Assembly (NCBI GenBank): GCA_951406725.2
Contig: OX597834.1
Coordinates: 23,064,001 to 23,128,000, forward strand
DNA length: 64,000 nucleotides
Source: Octopus vulgaris
Taxonomy: Eukaryota
Reading direction: 5' to 3'
Below are positions 1 to 12,475 of the stretch, piece by piece; the first letter of the stretch is position 1, and the number at the start of each line of letters is the position of its first letter. The notes under the pieces were generated by a model, which searched no databases, was not told the origin of the DNA, and worked only from the letters and a program-made list of their open reading frames with translations. The position numbers were made by a program, and so were the translations under genes.

Positions 1-577
1 TTTCCTTTCCACATTCCATTTCAGTTATCTTTATTCCCTCATATCTTAATATCAACACACGGAAAAAATTTGAAAAAATACTGCCGAGATGATTTACCTT
101 CTCTGTTACCTTTATGTATAAGTCTTGAAACGGGAGAAGATCGTTTGTCAAATAAAGTTTTATCAATATAGAAGAAATGTAGTAAAGTGTCAGTTGAATG
201 CCTACTTTTTAAGTATCCTCTATATTTTCTATTTCTTTATTATTTCAGATTATCAAATTACATTGGCATAAAAGAATTATTTACTCCAGACCCGTCAATA
301 TTTATCACTTTTTAATGACTAAAAGGAAATGCCATACAGAACAAATATAAACTTTGTTTATATAAATCTGTGGTAGAATCACCATGAAATATTTGCTGTG
401 AACTGAAACTGATTGCAGAATAGCGTTACTTCATTGTCAGAAATACATACAAAATGAATTTATTGTCTAATTAAACTCAGATTCCTAGTAAATTTACAGC
501 ATCTTCAGATATTGACAGAAAATCACAATTGAAGGAAATACAGTGGAAGGAATATTCGTGGTGAGACATGAAAAATT

Positions 578-1645
578 ATGGAAACTGAATTCTGTGAGGA
601 CAAAGTTCAAAAGAAAGAGAATGGAAGGCCATTGCATAAATGTGATATTTGTAAAAAGTCATTCTCTCAGAAAAGCAACCTAACTACTCACAAACGCATT
701 CATTCAGGGGAGAGACCATATCATTGTGATATCTGTGGTAAATCATTTAACAGAAATGATGTTTTAACTTCTCACAAATTCATTCATACAGGAGAGAAAC
801 CGTTTTACTGTGATATCTGTGGTAAATCATTCTCTCGAAGTGATACTTTAGCTTCTCACAAAGTCGTTCATACAGGAGAGAAAGCATATTCCTGTGATAT
901 CTGTGGTAAATTGTTCTCTCAGAATGGTAGTTTAACTGCACACAGACGTATTCATACAGGAGAAAAACCATTTCATTGTGATATCTGTGGTAAAGCATTC
1001 TCTCAAAGTAGCAGCTTAACTGCACACAGACGTATTCATACAGGAGAAAAACCATATCATTGTGATATCTGTGGTAAATCATTCTCTCAAAATGAGAGTT
1101 TAACTACTCACAATCGTATTCATATGGGAGAGAAGCCATATCAGTGTGATATCTGTGGTAAATCATTTTCACGTTGCACAACCCTAACTGTACACAAACG
1201 GCTTCATACTGGAGAAAAACCATATTACTGTGATATCTGTGGTAAATCATTCTCTGAAAATGGTCACCTAAGTAATCATAAACGTATTCATACAGGAGAG
1301 AAGCCATATCACTGTGATATTTGTGGTAAATCTTTCTCTCAGAATGGTGACTTAACTAAACATGTACGTATTCATACTGGAGAGAAACCATATCAATGTG
1401 ATATTTGTGGTAAATCATTCTCTAAAAATGGTAACCTAACTTCTCATAAACGTATTCATACTGGGGAAAAACCATATCACTGTGATATCTGTGGTAAATC
1501 ATTCTCTGGAAATAGTACCTTGATTACTCACAAACGTACACATACAGGAGAGAAACCATATCACTGTGATATTTGTGGTAAGTCATTCTCTGAAAGTGGT
1601 ACCTTATTTACTCATAAACATATTCATACAAGAGAAAAGAAATAG
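578..1645 (+). CDS. G1: C2H2 zinc-finger protein, 12 fingers
   Basis: Uninterrupted ORF with 12 CxxC-x12-HxxxH repeats and TGEKP linkers; ATG context (aaaattATGG) shared with paralogs; acceptor tatttcAG ends at 248. Confidence 0.93.
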   Translation: METEFCEDKVQKKENGRPLHKCDICKKSFSQKSNLTTHKRIHSGERPYHCDICGKSFNRNDVLTSHKFIHTGEKPFYCDICGKSFSRSDTLASHKVVHTGEKAYSCDICGKLFSQNGSLTAHRRIHTGEKPFHCDICGKAFSQSSSLTAHRRIHTGEKPYHCDICGKSFSQNESLTTHNRIHMGEKPYQCDICGKSFSRCTTLTVHKRLHTGEKPYYCDICGKSFSENGHLSNHKRIHTGEKPYHCDICGKSFSQNGDLTKHVRIHTGEKPYQCDICGKSFSKNGNLTSHKRIHTGEKPYHCDICGKSFSGNSTLITHKRTHTGEKPYHCDICGKSFSESGTLFTHKHIHTREKK

Positions 1646-2049
1646 CACTGTGAGATCTGCAGTGAATCATTCTCTGAAATTGGTGCCCTATCAAAGCACA
1701 AATGTAGAAGCAGTGGTGCTATCTTTCTGTGGTTTCTATAGCAAATGTCTAAAAAAAGGTTGCCTTAAATGTACACAGGTGTATTCATACAGGTGAGAAA
1801 CCATTTTCATTGATTTTTATAGTAATTCTCTTAACTAAACATTTACATATTCATACACAGATCAAATTGGAGCCTGGTGCAGCCACTGGCTCTCCAGACC
1901 TCAGTCAAACCGTCCAGTCCATCCCAGCATGAAAAACAGATGTTAAACAAATCACCCCAACTCCTGCTCCCTTGTTATTTCCTCTGTGAGGCTCAGCATC
2001 TGGAATTTGTATGAAACAAATATTATGAGAATAAATGTATTCCACATAT

Positions 2050-2410
2050 CAAAGAAGATATATTGTGATAACAATTTCCAAACACTTTATAACCCCTACA
2101 TCAAGTATTGGTGAAGTAAATAACTATGGCGATACCTTCAATAAAAATATTCTTTCAGAATATTTATATGTTTTCCATCTAATGAGAGTAGAGATACAAT
2201 CAATTTATTTGACATTGTGGGTAAATAACTGAGAAATCTATTCTCATAAGCCATGTTATAACATCCCTGAACAGTTATGAGGTAAGAAATAAATACAGAA
2301 ACCATAAAATAAAGTATTTCATTTATATCATTATGTATGTTGTGGATCTTTTATACATTATTTCATGTATTTTGTGAGGATTCTGGTTCAAATTTTATTA
2401 TGGTATGATA
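2050..2410 (+). other. Conserved 3' UTR / polyadenylation block of G1
   Basis: Homologous to 15380-15750 (G3), 9630-9830 (G2) and partly 32860-33075 (G5, minus); contains AATAAA hexamers near 2288 and 2307. Confidence 0.55.
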
Positions 2411-2712
2411 TATATGTAAAGGCATTGAGCCAGGCTTGATTCTCAGTTACCTTAAGTTTGTTTTAATGCTTCAGGCTGTAGTGGAGGTGGTTAAGTTCAA
2501 TTGTCCATAGAAACTCCTGTATGTTAATGATCTTGTTCCTATAGCTGAATCTGTATTGGTATTAGGAAAGAAATTCCAGATATGAAAGTAAGCCTAGAAT
2601 GAAAGAGCCGTAAAGTTAACTTAGTAGAGATATAACATACTAATGACAAAACACCACTAAGGTGACATGAAAATATTTTGATATCATGGAATTGTCTTGA
2701 GCAGGAGATCTC

Positions 2713-2770
2713 ATTAGCACTTGAGGATTATCTAGTGAAGGATTAGCACTTGAGGATTATCCAGTGAAGG
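2713..2770. repeat. 29-bp tandem duplication
   Basis: attagcacttgaggattatcYagtgaagg x2. Confidence 0.85.
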
Positions 2771-4059
2771 CTGAACAGAGCCGAAAGCTTTCTTTCTTTC
2801 TCATTTTTTCTTGTCATTTTCCACATAAAATTATAAATCTTAGTCCTTCTTGCTATAAATGTTGCTGATTATCCTATGTTTAAGCAAAAATAATCAATTG
2901 CTTCATTATATTCTTTTATAAAAACTTCTGAAGAAACAATTTCTCTGGATGATAAATTGCACAGCATATATGACCAAATCATTAATTATGGACATGTTTC
3001 TAAGCATGATGCAACATTAATGACAATGAAGTTGTTGAAACAATTGTAAACTATGAAATAAAAATAATTCTGCTAACTTCAGTCTTTAATTTTTATTTAT
3101 ACTCTGCAACGGAAAAGTGGTTTGTGGATTTTGTTTATTGGGAACAACAGTTTATAAGGAATATCTCCATTACAATTTTCAGATAGCCACTGTCCATGGA
3201 AGTGCTTCTCAATGTAAACTTTTGGATTATTTTATCCCAACTCACCTACTATGTATGTGTGTGTGTGTTTGATCATCATTGTCATCATTTAATGTCTGCT
3301 TTCTTTACATGAGTTGGACAGTTTGACGGGATGCAGCAGCTTCCACTCATCTGTTTTAGTAAGGTCTTTTGGCTGGGTGCCTTTCCTAAAGCCAACCACT
3401 ACAAAGTGTGCTTGGTGCTGGCATGAATGATGTCTTATGTGGCTCCAGCATGTGCACTTCTTTATGTGGCATTAGTATGGGTGCTTCATTACATGGGTCT
3501 GGAACAAGGCCTTTTTTTGCATGGCCCCAGCTACTTTGGTTTTTCCAGAAAATATTTGGCTACTCCAGTAGGGCAAGGAAGCTGGTTGAAAGTGGGAGAG
3601 ATAGAGGCCTATCCACTGCTTGGAAATCTGACCTGGGTGTTCCAGATGCATTGGGAACATCCCACACAAAGTTCCAAACAACAACAATAGTGAAATGTAC
3701 ATAGGAACAAATTTTTTTTCTTGTCATTGTTTCTGTCATAAGCAGCATCTTGGATTGGATTGCCTGTGCTCAATCCACTGCAGGACAAAGGCTGAAGCAT
3801 GTTCTCCCCACCAACTATGATCTGCTGTGGAGGCCATGAATTTTACTTTCATATCATACTGCTTTGACAAGCCTACTCTGCTATTTTGGATCAACATGCA
3901 GTTTTTTTTTTGGTTTATCTACTCTCACCCCATAGTAATTAAGTTGATTATATCAAACCTGTGCTCAATTGGCACTTACTTTATTGACTTCAAAAGGATG
4001 AAAGACAAAGTCAACCTCTTTGGAATTTGAGCTCAAATTCCACAACATCACACCTGACT

Positions 4060-4292
4060 GGCTCCCATCAAGCATGGTTGATGCCAGTACTAGCTGACTG
4101 GCCCTCATGCCGGTGGGACGTAAAAAGCACCCACTACACTCTTGGAGTGGTTGGCGTTAGGAAGGGCATCCAGCTGTAGAAACCTTGCCAGATCAGATTA
4201 GAGCCTGGTACAGCCTCTGGCTTGCGAGTCCTCAGTCAAGCCGTCCAATCCATTCCAGCATGGAAAGCGGACATTAAATGATGATGATGATG
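4060..4292 (+). mobile_element. SINE-like repeat family A with (GAT)n tail
   Basis: ggcgttaggaagggcatccagctgtagaaac...ccagcatggaaagcggac...(gat)n; more than 15 copies in the window. Confidence 0.8.
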
Positions 4293-4542
4293 CGCTTCTC
4301 GTGTGTATGTGTGTGTGTATAGGATAAGAAAATGGAGAGATCGATAGTTAAATATCAATTTATTAACATAATGTCAATTTCAAATTACCTATTACATATT
4401 CAATTCATTCAAACTACAAATAATAAATCAAAGATGCATTCTGAATATTGTGAGTTGAATATTTCATCAGAGTGAGAAATCGGCACAAAAAGGAGTTTGA
4501 GTTTAGCAATGATCACTCGATCGATTACGATGTGATACTTTT

Positions 4543-4549
4543 GTGTGTA

Positions 4550-4590
<41 letters not shown>
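4543..4590. repeat. (TG)n(AG)n compound microsatellite
   Basis: Directly visible. Confidence 0.9.
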
Positions 4591-4591
<1 letters not shown>

Positions 4592-4994
4592 ATCGAGTAA
4601 CAAACAACGGGAGCAAGTATAGAAGGACAGCAGTACACGCAATATAATATGGTGTACTTCGCAGGAAATTTGACTGCTATTTCTAGCAACTCGAGTGATC
4701 ACTGGAACATTTACAAAGGTTTCGTCTTTTGAAACCACCAAACACCTAATGTGCCTCTCACCCCTAATCATTAGTGTGGTTAAAGAACTTGATTTCATAT
4801 AATAATAATGAATTTGTGTTGCAAGATTCCTGAAACTGATATACTATTTCGAGACGGTCATTTTTTTTTTTTGTTTACCAAATAAACACACTATATATTC
4901 GTTCTTCACTCGCTTATTACTGTTCTTATTTTAAGTCATGCCGTCCATTGTCCACAAGCACTTTCCTCATCAAAATGAAACAAGGAAGATATAT

Positions 4995-5066
4995 ACCAAT
5001 GTGAGGGAAGTTCTTTTTGTTGTTTTTTTTTTATAGCGCTGAAAAATGCACCTCCCTCACTTTGGT
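4995..5066. promoter_or_regulatory. Inverted pair of ACCAA-N3-RGGGARGT-type motif upstream of the G2 leader
   Basis: accaatgtgagggaagttcttttt (4995) and its near reverse complement aaaatgcacctccctcactttggt (5043); same pair at 11834-11896; single copy at 27303-27326. Confidence 0.4.
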
Positions 5067-5099
5067 GTGCCTTAATTATACATCGAAGACGTCGGTTGA

Positions 5100-5286
5100 T
5101 AGATGATTGCTAATTAACCGAGGAAAGAAATATCTACAACATTCTTTATTATGTCGATGTGAAAAATCTAAATGAAGGTTTGTTGTAAAATATAGAAGTT
5201 GTGTCAAAGCTGTCATTGTCTAGTCTGAGTTGCGACTACTTGAATCTATCACATCTTCGTCATCGGCTCTATATTAATATGTAAGT
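5100..5286 (+). other. Putative non-coding leader exon and splice donor of G2 (intron 5281-7326)
   Basis: Block ...catcttcgtcatcggctctatattaatat|GTAAGT recurs upstream of paralogs in gene orientation; acceptor ttttctttcAG ends at 7326; the 5' boundary is unknown. Confidence 0.7.
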
Positions 5287-7683
5287 ATTATTAACAGAAA
5301 CATCGTCTACATTGTATAGGTCATGTCCTCATTCTTCTACATCTGTTTGTTTTGATGTGTTCAAAGATTATGGAAAGAAAGTGAAGAAAAATAGAAACCT
5401 TCCTAAAGTAACGATGTTGCCTTAATCCGCATACGGTAGGCTGCCGCATATGTAATAGAAGCGAGTCGAAAAACTTGCTTTAGCTGACAATATCTATTGT
5501 CTTGATACTTTCGGGAGAGATGCGAAGAGGAATGAAAAGAAATTGAAATGTTAGAAAGAAAAATTTGTAGAATATAATCTCCGATGTTTCAAACGTGGAT
5601 CCGAAAAATTTATTTGTAAAAAGACTTAAAATTGAAAAGTTACGAAAGGAAGGGGTGTGACCCAACTACGATGTTTCAATGAATGACAGAAGTAATTTTT
5701 GAAAATTGAAGGATAAAAATGCCACGAAGTGTTGGTGAATAAAATCGGCATATAGACATACATATATATTGTTTTGTTTGTTTCAGTCATGTGAGTGCAG
5801 CCATGCTGGAGCACCGCCTTTAGTCGAACAAATCGACCCAGGACTTATGCTTTGTAAGCCAAGTGCTTATTCTATCGGGCTTCATTTGCCGAACCGCTAA
5901 GTTAGGGGACGTAAACATACCAACATCGATTGCATCAGTTACCCCATGACTGGACATGCACCCACTACACTCTCAGAGTGGCTGGAGTTAAGAAAGGCAT
6001 CCAGCTGTAGAAACCTTGCCAGATCAGATTGGAGCCTGGTGCAGCCTTCTGGCCAACCCGTACCAGCATGGAAAGCGGATGTTAAACAACAATGATGATG
6101 ATTATAGTGTTTCTGTGTGTGTATGATCCCTGTAATACTCTAGCATCTGTGCTCCGTGATGACACAAGCTGGATAGTTTAATAAGGTCCTAGCTATTCAA
6201 AGAGTTCATTGTGTTCCATCATGTCTCACTGGAGACAAACCCATCACAGCCTTTGGTTAAATAAATTAACCCTAGAACTTTTTTTTTGTAAGCTTGGTAC
6301 TTATTCTGTTGGCCTCTTTTGCTGAACCACTAAGTTATGGGGCTGTAAATACATCACTACTGGTTATCAAGCAGTGGTGGGTGACAAACACAGACATACA
6401 CACCATCATCATCCTCATCATTTAATGTTCATTTTCCATGCTAGCATGTGTTGGCGGGTTTGAGTGGAGCTGGCAAACCAGAGGACTGCACCAGACTTTA
6501 CTATCTGTATTGGCATAGTTTCTATGATTGGATGCTGTTCCTAACGCCAACTATTTTACAGAGTGGACAGGATGCTTTTAATATGGCACCAACACTGGCA
6601 AAGTCTGTTTTGGCATGGTTTCTATGACTGGATTCCCTTCCAAACACTTAACACTTTACAGTGTGGACTAGACACCAGCACTGGTGGAGTCACAGAGTAA
6701 CTTGTAAGACAAAGATACTTTGAGAGGTGGGGTATAGGAGGATGTGGCCTTGTGCCACACGATGGGAGGTTAGAGTGTGACAGAGAAACAGGTGTCTTGC
6801 TGTAGGGGAGATACATGGTTACCCAGGAGGGAGAGAGAGAGATAAAAAATGAGAATGAGTATGAGAGTGCAAGAGAGAGCGAGAGCGAAATAGTGGGGAA
6901 TGTGCCAGGGCACATCTGCAAGGTACAGGGATGGTAAAGTATTGCCAGGAATACATGAGTTGGGAGTAGGGGGTTCACATGAAGGCGAAGCGGTGAAGGA
7001 ATGCAAGTGTAGGGTGGGGGCACAACAGTATGGCAATGACACAGTGGGGAGGGAGAGATAAGCATAAGTATAGTGCAGGAAAAAGAGGAAGAGAAGAGAA
7101 GGAATGTTGTTTGGTTTGTTGGGATAAGGGTGTGTGAAAAAAATTTTCACACACAACACTTTCAGAACCCAGTTTTGCTCAAGCGGTTGGGCCTATAAAT
7201 GTCTTTTTGTCTTGGAAAGGGGTTCATGTATTGGGCAAATTTTATATATAGGTTTTTGATGTAAAAGAAATGTAGTAAAATGTCTACCTTTGAAGGATTC
7301 TCTATATTGTTTCTCTTTTCTTTCAGAATAATCTATGTCATGTGGAAGATAGAATTCTTCAGTACAGATGCATCAATATTTATCCTCTTTTAAAAAGAAA
7401 AAGAAAAGATGTCAGAGAACAGATATAAACTTTGTTTATATAAATCTGTGGTAGAATTACTTTGAAATATTTACTCTAAATGAAAATTAATATCAATATA
7501 TGCCTACTTCACTGTCTTGAATATGTACAAGATAATTTTATATTGTAATTAAACTTGGATCGGGAATGAGTTTGCAGCATCTTCAAATGTCTACAACGTT
7601 CACAGCAGAAGAAATATTTGTAAGGAATAAAATATAAAAACAGAATATAACATCTGTATGTTGTGGTGAGAGACAAAAACATT

Positions 7684-9438
7684 ATGGAAACTGAATGGAA
7701 CTGTGAAAACAAGGATAAATGTGAAACACGGATTAATGAGATTGACTTTCCTAGTGATGTAAGCAAAGAGGAAAGTAAAGCATTATTCTACTGTGATGTC
7801 TGTAAAAAGTCATTCTCTCACAAATGTATTCATAAAGGAGAGAAAACATACCATTGTGATATTTGTGCTAAATCATTTTCTAGTCGTAGTAACTTAACAA
7901 GACACAAACTCATTCATACAGGAGAGAAGCCATACCACTGTGAAGTCTGTGGTAAATCATTCTATCAAAATGGAGGATTAACTTCTCACAAACGTATTCA
8001 TACAGGTGAGAAGCCGTATCACTGTGATATCTGTGGAAAGACATTCTCTCAAAATTCTGAATTAACTTCTCACAAATATGTTCATACTGGTGCAAAGCCA
8101 TTCCAATGTGATGTCTGTGATAAATCATTTTCTCTGAGGAGTCATTTAACATTTCATAATCGTATTCATACAGGGAAGAAACCATATCACTGTGAAATTT
8201 GTGGTAGATCATTCTTTGGAAGTGGTAACTTAACTAAACATAAACGAATTCATACAGGAGAGAAACCATATCAGTGTGATATTTGTGGTGAATCATTCTC
8301 TCATGGGAATAGTTTAATTGCACACAAATACATTCATACCGGAGAGAAGCCATATCACTGTGATATTTGTGGTAAATCATTCTCTCAAAGTAGCCACTTA
8401 AAAACTCACAAATACATTCATACTGGAGAGAAGCCATATCTCTGTGATATTTGTGGTAAATCTTTTTCAAGAAGTGCTGGATTAACTTCTCACGTACGTA
8501 TTCATACAGGAGAGAAGCCATATCAGTGTGATATCTGTGGTAAGTCATTCTCTAATGGAATTGGTGCTGTAACTAAACACAAACGTATTCATACAGGTGA
8601 GAGGCCGTATCACTGTGATATCTGTGGCAAATCATTCTCTCAATCAAGTCACTTAACTACTCACAAATATATTCACACAGGAGAGAGGCCTTATCATTGT
8701 GATGTCTGTGATAAATCTTTCTCTGAAAGTAGTTACTTGACTCCACACAAACGTATTCATACAGGAGAGAAGCCATATCACTGTGATACCTGTGGTAAAT
8801 CATTCTCTCAAAATTGTGAATTAACTCTTCACAAATATATTCATACAGGTAAAAAACCATTCCAGTGTGATATCTGTAATAAATCATTCTCACTAAGGAC
8901 ATCTTTGAAATCACATAATCGTATTCATACAGGAGAGAGGCCATATCACTGTGACATCTGTGGTAAATCATTCTGTGGAAGTGGTGACTTAACTAAACAT
9001 ATACGTATTCATACAGGAGAGAAACCTTATCACTGTGATATCTGTGATGAATCATTCACTCATGGAAATAGTTTAGCTGCACACAAATACATTCATACTG
9101 GAGTGAAGCCGTATCACTGTGATATTTGTGGTAAATCATTCTCTCGAAGTAACCACTTAAAAACTCACACATATACTCATACAGGAGAGAAGCCATATTG
9201 CTGTGATATTTGTGGTAAATCTTTTTCAGGAAGTGCTGGATTAATTTCTCACAAACGTATTCATACAGGAGAAAAGCCATATCAGTGTGATATCTGTGGC
9301 AAATCATTCTCTGATGGAATTGGTGCTGTAACTAAACACAAACGTATTCATACTGGAGAGAGGCCATATCATTGTGATATCTGTGGCAAATCATTCATTC
9401 AAAAATCTCACTTAACTAAACATATATGTATTCAATGA
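7684..9438 (+). CDS. G2: C2H2 zinc-finger protein, 20 repeats (first deleted internally, last lacks final His)
   Basis: ORF track starts at GTG 7663; the homologous ATG (METEWNCE) is at 7684; internal 9-finger-period duplication. Confidence 0.92.
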   Translation: METEWNCENKDKCETRINEIDFPSDVSKEESKALFYCDVCKKSFSHKCIHKGEKTYHCDICAKSFSSRSNLTRHKLIHTGEKPYHCEVCGKSFYQNGGLTSHKRIHTGEKPYHCDICGKTFSQNSELTSHKYVHTGAKPFQCDVCDKSFSLRSHLTFHNRIHTGKKPYHCEICGRSFFGSGNLTKHKRIHTGEKPYQCDICGESFSHGNSLIAHKYIHTGEKPYHCDICGKSFSQSSHLKTHKYIHTGEKPYLCDICGKSFSRSAGLTSHVRIHTGEKPYQCDICGKSFSNGIGAVTKHKRIHTGERPYHCDICGKSFSQSSHLTTHKYIHTGERPYHCDVCDKSFSESSYLTPHKRIHTGEKPYHCDTCGKSFSQNCELTLHKYIHTGKKPFQCDICNKSFSLRTSLKSHNRIHTGERPYHCDICGKSFCGSGDLTKHIRIHTGEKPYHCDICDESFTHGNSLAAHKYIHTGVKPYHCDICGKSFSRSNHLKTHTYTHTGEKPYCCDICGKSFSGSAGLISHKRIHTGEKPYQCDICGKSFSDGIGAVTKHKRIHTGERPYHCDICGKSFIQKSHLTKHICIQ

Positions 9439-9844
9439 TAATATGAATATAGCAAAATCAGAGCAACTTTTGGTCTACTTCATTTGATGCTTCAACACAC
9501 GAATTCACATAAATAATCTTGTAAGCCACATGCAAAGCGAAATTTATTAGTTGATATTGCTCTATTTGCCACAACTATTAAAATTATATTTAAAACAAGT
9601 ATCTGAGATAAACATAAATATATACACTCTGGAAAGAAGATAACAACTTGGCAACACTATGTTTTTGTATAACTACATCTCTGTTTTGGTGAGGTAACTT
9701 ACTACTGTCATATTTTTAATTAAAGTATTAAAAAAAATACATATGTTCTGTCTCACTTATTTCCAGAAAGGAGAAAATATACAATGCATTTGACATTGTG
9801 GGTAAATAATTGAGAAATGTATTTTCATAAATATATAGAGTAAA

Positions 9845-10143
9845 GACACCCTTTGGTCATGAATCTTCATGAGATTGCACCTAGAAAGTTCCCCTCCGAG
9901 GCACAAGTCCAGCAGTTGCTCATGTATACCAGCCTCCCTTCTCCATGCCACCAATGTTATCCAAGGGAGAGGCAAAGGGGCCGATACAACTTGGCACCAG
10001 TGATGTTGCAACTCATTTCTACAGCTGAGTGAACTGGAGCAACATGAAATAGAGTGTCTTGCTCAAGAACACAACATGTCCCTGTTTGGTAATTGAACTC
10101 GTTACCTCATGATTGTGAGCCTGACGCTCTAACCACTGAGCCG
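9845..10143 (-). mobile_element. tRNA-derived SINE family C
   Basis: Minus head ggctcagtggttagagcgtc...gagttcaatt; cagctgagtgRactggagcaa core also at ~17430, ~38940 and ~55600. Confidence 0.7.
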
Positions 10144-10509
10144 TATGAGAGTTATCATGTCAGAAATATGTATTCTCATAAATCACTGTGGTTATTATAT
10201 TAGAATGAAATAAAGCTAAAAAAGAAACCATCATTACACCAAATAGCACAATCACTTAACATCTGGTTTCCATGTTGGCTTGTGCTGGATAGGTTGTCAC
10301 AATCCAAGATATTTTTTGTTCAGAATTATTCCACTCCTCTATGGGTGGAGAGCACATCTTGTTCGAATGCTCCAAGTGCTGGTGTGATTTCTATGGTTAA
10401 ATTCCTTCCTTAACACCAGCAACAACGAGATTACCTTCTTTCCTACCATGATTAAAAACTCCTTGCTTTTCTGTGCCATTTCCATTCAATTCAAGGCAAT
10501 GTGACAAAA

Positions 10510-10745
10510 AAAAAAGTATGATGGGAGAAACTGAGCAAGGGAGGAGAGAGTATGATAGGAGAATTAGAGAGAGTATGATGAGAGAAACAGTAAGAGGGAG
10601 TGATGGAGGGGAGAGTATGATGGGAGATATAATGAGAGAAAATGATGGCGGAGAGAAATAGTGGGAGAAATAGTGTGATAGAGTGATCAAAGAGAGAGTA
10701 TGATAGGGGAAACAGTAAGAAGTAATGGAAGTGAGACAGTAATGG
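10510..10745. repeat. Degenerate purine-rich minisatellite (gagagagtatgatRggag)
   Basis: Motif recurs about five times. Confidence 0.6.
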
Positions 10746-10834
10746 CAGCTACATGTTTGTTGGTTAGGAGACTGAGAAAAAAACTATCATGTGTGATGGA
10801 GGAAAGGGAGATTAAATATTCAAATGTTTGCATG

Positions 10835-11210
10835 TAGGTACAGGTATGGTAGTGTGGTTAAGAAGCTTGCATTGTAACCATGGGTATTAGGTTCAATCCC
10901 CTGGTAAGGCACCTAGGTTGAGTTATTTTTAATGTAGTCCCAGGTTGACCAATGCCTTAAGAGTGAATTTGGTTGATGGAAACTGTGTGGAAGCCCATCA
11001 TATAAATACATAAGTGTATGTGTCTTTGTATTTGTTCATCCCCACCACTTGACAACTAGTGCTGGTCTGTTCATGTCCCCATTAGCAGTTCGGCGTATGG
11101 AGTCGAATAGAATAGGTATTTAAAGAATATCTATATAGGGGTCAATTTGTTCTATAAAACATTTCAAAGCAGTGCCCCAGCATGGCCATGCTCTAATGAC
11201 TGGAATAAAA
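10835..11210 (+). mobile_element. tRNA-derived SINE family B (CORE-like)
   Basis: gtgtggttaagaagcttgc...ggttcaatccc head, ggaaactg, 3' ccagcatggcc...atgactg. Confidence 0.7.
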
Positions 11211-11319
11211 TAAAAAATATCGTTTGTTTTATGTTGTAAAAATGTTAAAGAAAAACAAAATGTTAGTTTTATGCTGTTATGTGTCAGTAATGAAAGGAAT
11301 ACCCTATTCCTTCACCTTT

Positions 11320-11606
11320 TCCAGTCATTTGAATGTAGCCATGCTGGAGCACCGCATTTAGTCGAGCAAATCGACCCCAGGACTTAATCTTTGTAAGCCT
11401 AGTACTTATTCTCTCTCTTTTGCTGAACCGCTAAGTTGTGGGGATGTAAATAAACCAACATCAGTTGTCAAGCGACTTTGGGGAGACAAACACACACATA
11501 TGTATATATACATGGGCTTCTTTCAGTTTCCATCTACCAAATCCACTCACAAGGCTTTGGTTGGCCCGAGGCCATAGTAGAAGACACTTGCCCAAGGTGC
11601 CACGCT
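11320..11606 (-). mobile_element. SINE family B
   Basis: gccatgctggagcaccg...gaagacacttgcccaaggtgccac (MIR-like ccttgggcaagt on minus). Confidence 0.8.
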
Positions 11607-11740
11607 ACCTCTTTTGTAATTAACCATTTACACTAGGAAACATTTTCCAAAGGGTTTCCTTTTTCAAAACCTCCAAACACCTAAAGTGTCTCTTCTCACA
11701 AACCATAAGTGTTGTAAAAGAATTTGTTTTCCTCCATTTT

Positions 11741-11805
11741 AATAATAATAATAATAATAACAATAACAATAATAATAATAACAATAACAACAACAAAAAC
11801 AATAA
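11741..11805. repeat. (AAT/AAC)n microsatellite
   Basis: Directly visible; explains the poly-Leu/Ile ORFs. Confidence 0.9.
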
Positions 11806-11929
11806 TTTTATCAAATTCAAATAATAAAGATAAACCAATATGTGGGAAGTGCATTTTTTTTAACATCACTGAAAAATGCACCTCCCTCACTTTGGTGTGT
11901 CTTAATTATACATCGAAGACGTCGGTTGA

Positions 11930-12116
11930 CAGATGATTGGTAATTAACCGAGGAAAGAAATAGCTACAACATTCTTTATTATGTCGATGTGAAAAATTTG
12001 AATGAAGGTTTGTTGTAAAATATAGAAGTTGTGTCAAAGCTGTCATTGTCCAGTCTGAGTTGCGACTACTTGAATCTATCACATCTTCGTCATCGGCTCT
12101 ATATTAATATGTAAGT
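11930..12116 (+). other. Putative leader exon and donor of G3 (intron 12111-12897)
   Basis: Nearly identical to the G2 block; GTAAGT at 12111; acceptor ctttcAG ends at 12897. Confidence 0.7.
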
Positions 12117-12252
12117 ATTATTAACAGAAATAACGTCTACATTGAATAGGTCGTGTCCTCTTTCTTCTACATCTGTTTGTTTTGATGTGTTCAAAGATTA
12201 TGGAAAGAAAGTGAAGAAAAATAGAAACCTTCCTAAAATAACGATGTTGCCT

Positions 12253-12475
12253 TTGGCAGAAACGTTAGCACGCCGGGCGAAATGCGTAGCCGTATTTCGT
12301 CTGCCGTTACGTTGTGAGTTCAAATTCCGCCGAGGTCGACTTTGCCTTTCATCCTTTCGGGGTCGATAAATTAAGTACCAGTTCCGCACTGGGGTTGATG
12401 TAATCAATTTAATACCTATGTCTGTCTTTGTTTGTCCCCTCTATGTTTAGCCCCTTGTGGGTAATAAAGAAATAG
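12253..12475 (+). mobile_element. tRNA-derived SINE inserted in the G3 intron
   Basis: A-box-like tggcagaaacgttag and B-box-like gagttcaaattcc; interrupts homology with the G2 intron exactly after gatgttgcctt. Confidence 0.8.

Noticed and set aside
5279-5284. ATG-TAA start-stop overlapping the conserved donor (atATGTAAgt)
   Set aside because: Follows trivially from exon-end AT plus the GTAAGT consensus and is destroyed on splicing
11620-11936. Poly-Leu/Ile ORFs resembling signal or transmembrane peptides
   Set aside because: Translation of an (AAT/AAC)n microsatellite
9845-12360. tRNA-like A/B boxes as tRNA genes
   Set aside because: No complete cloverleaf; each continues into a repeated SINE body
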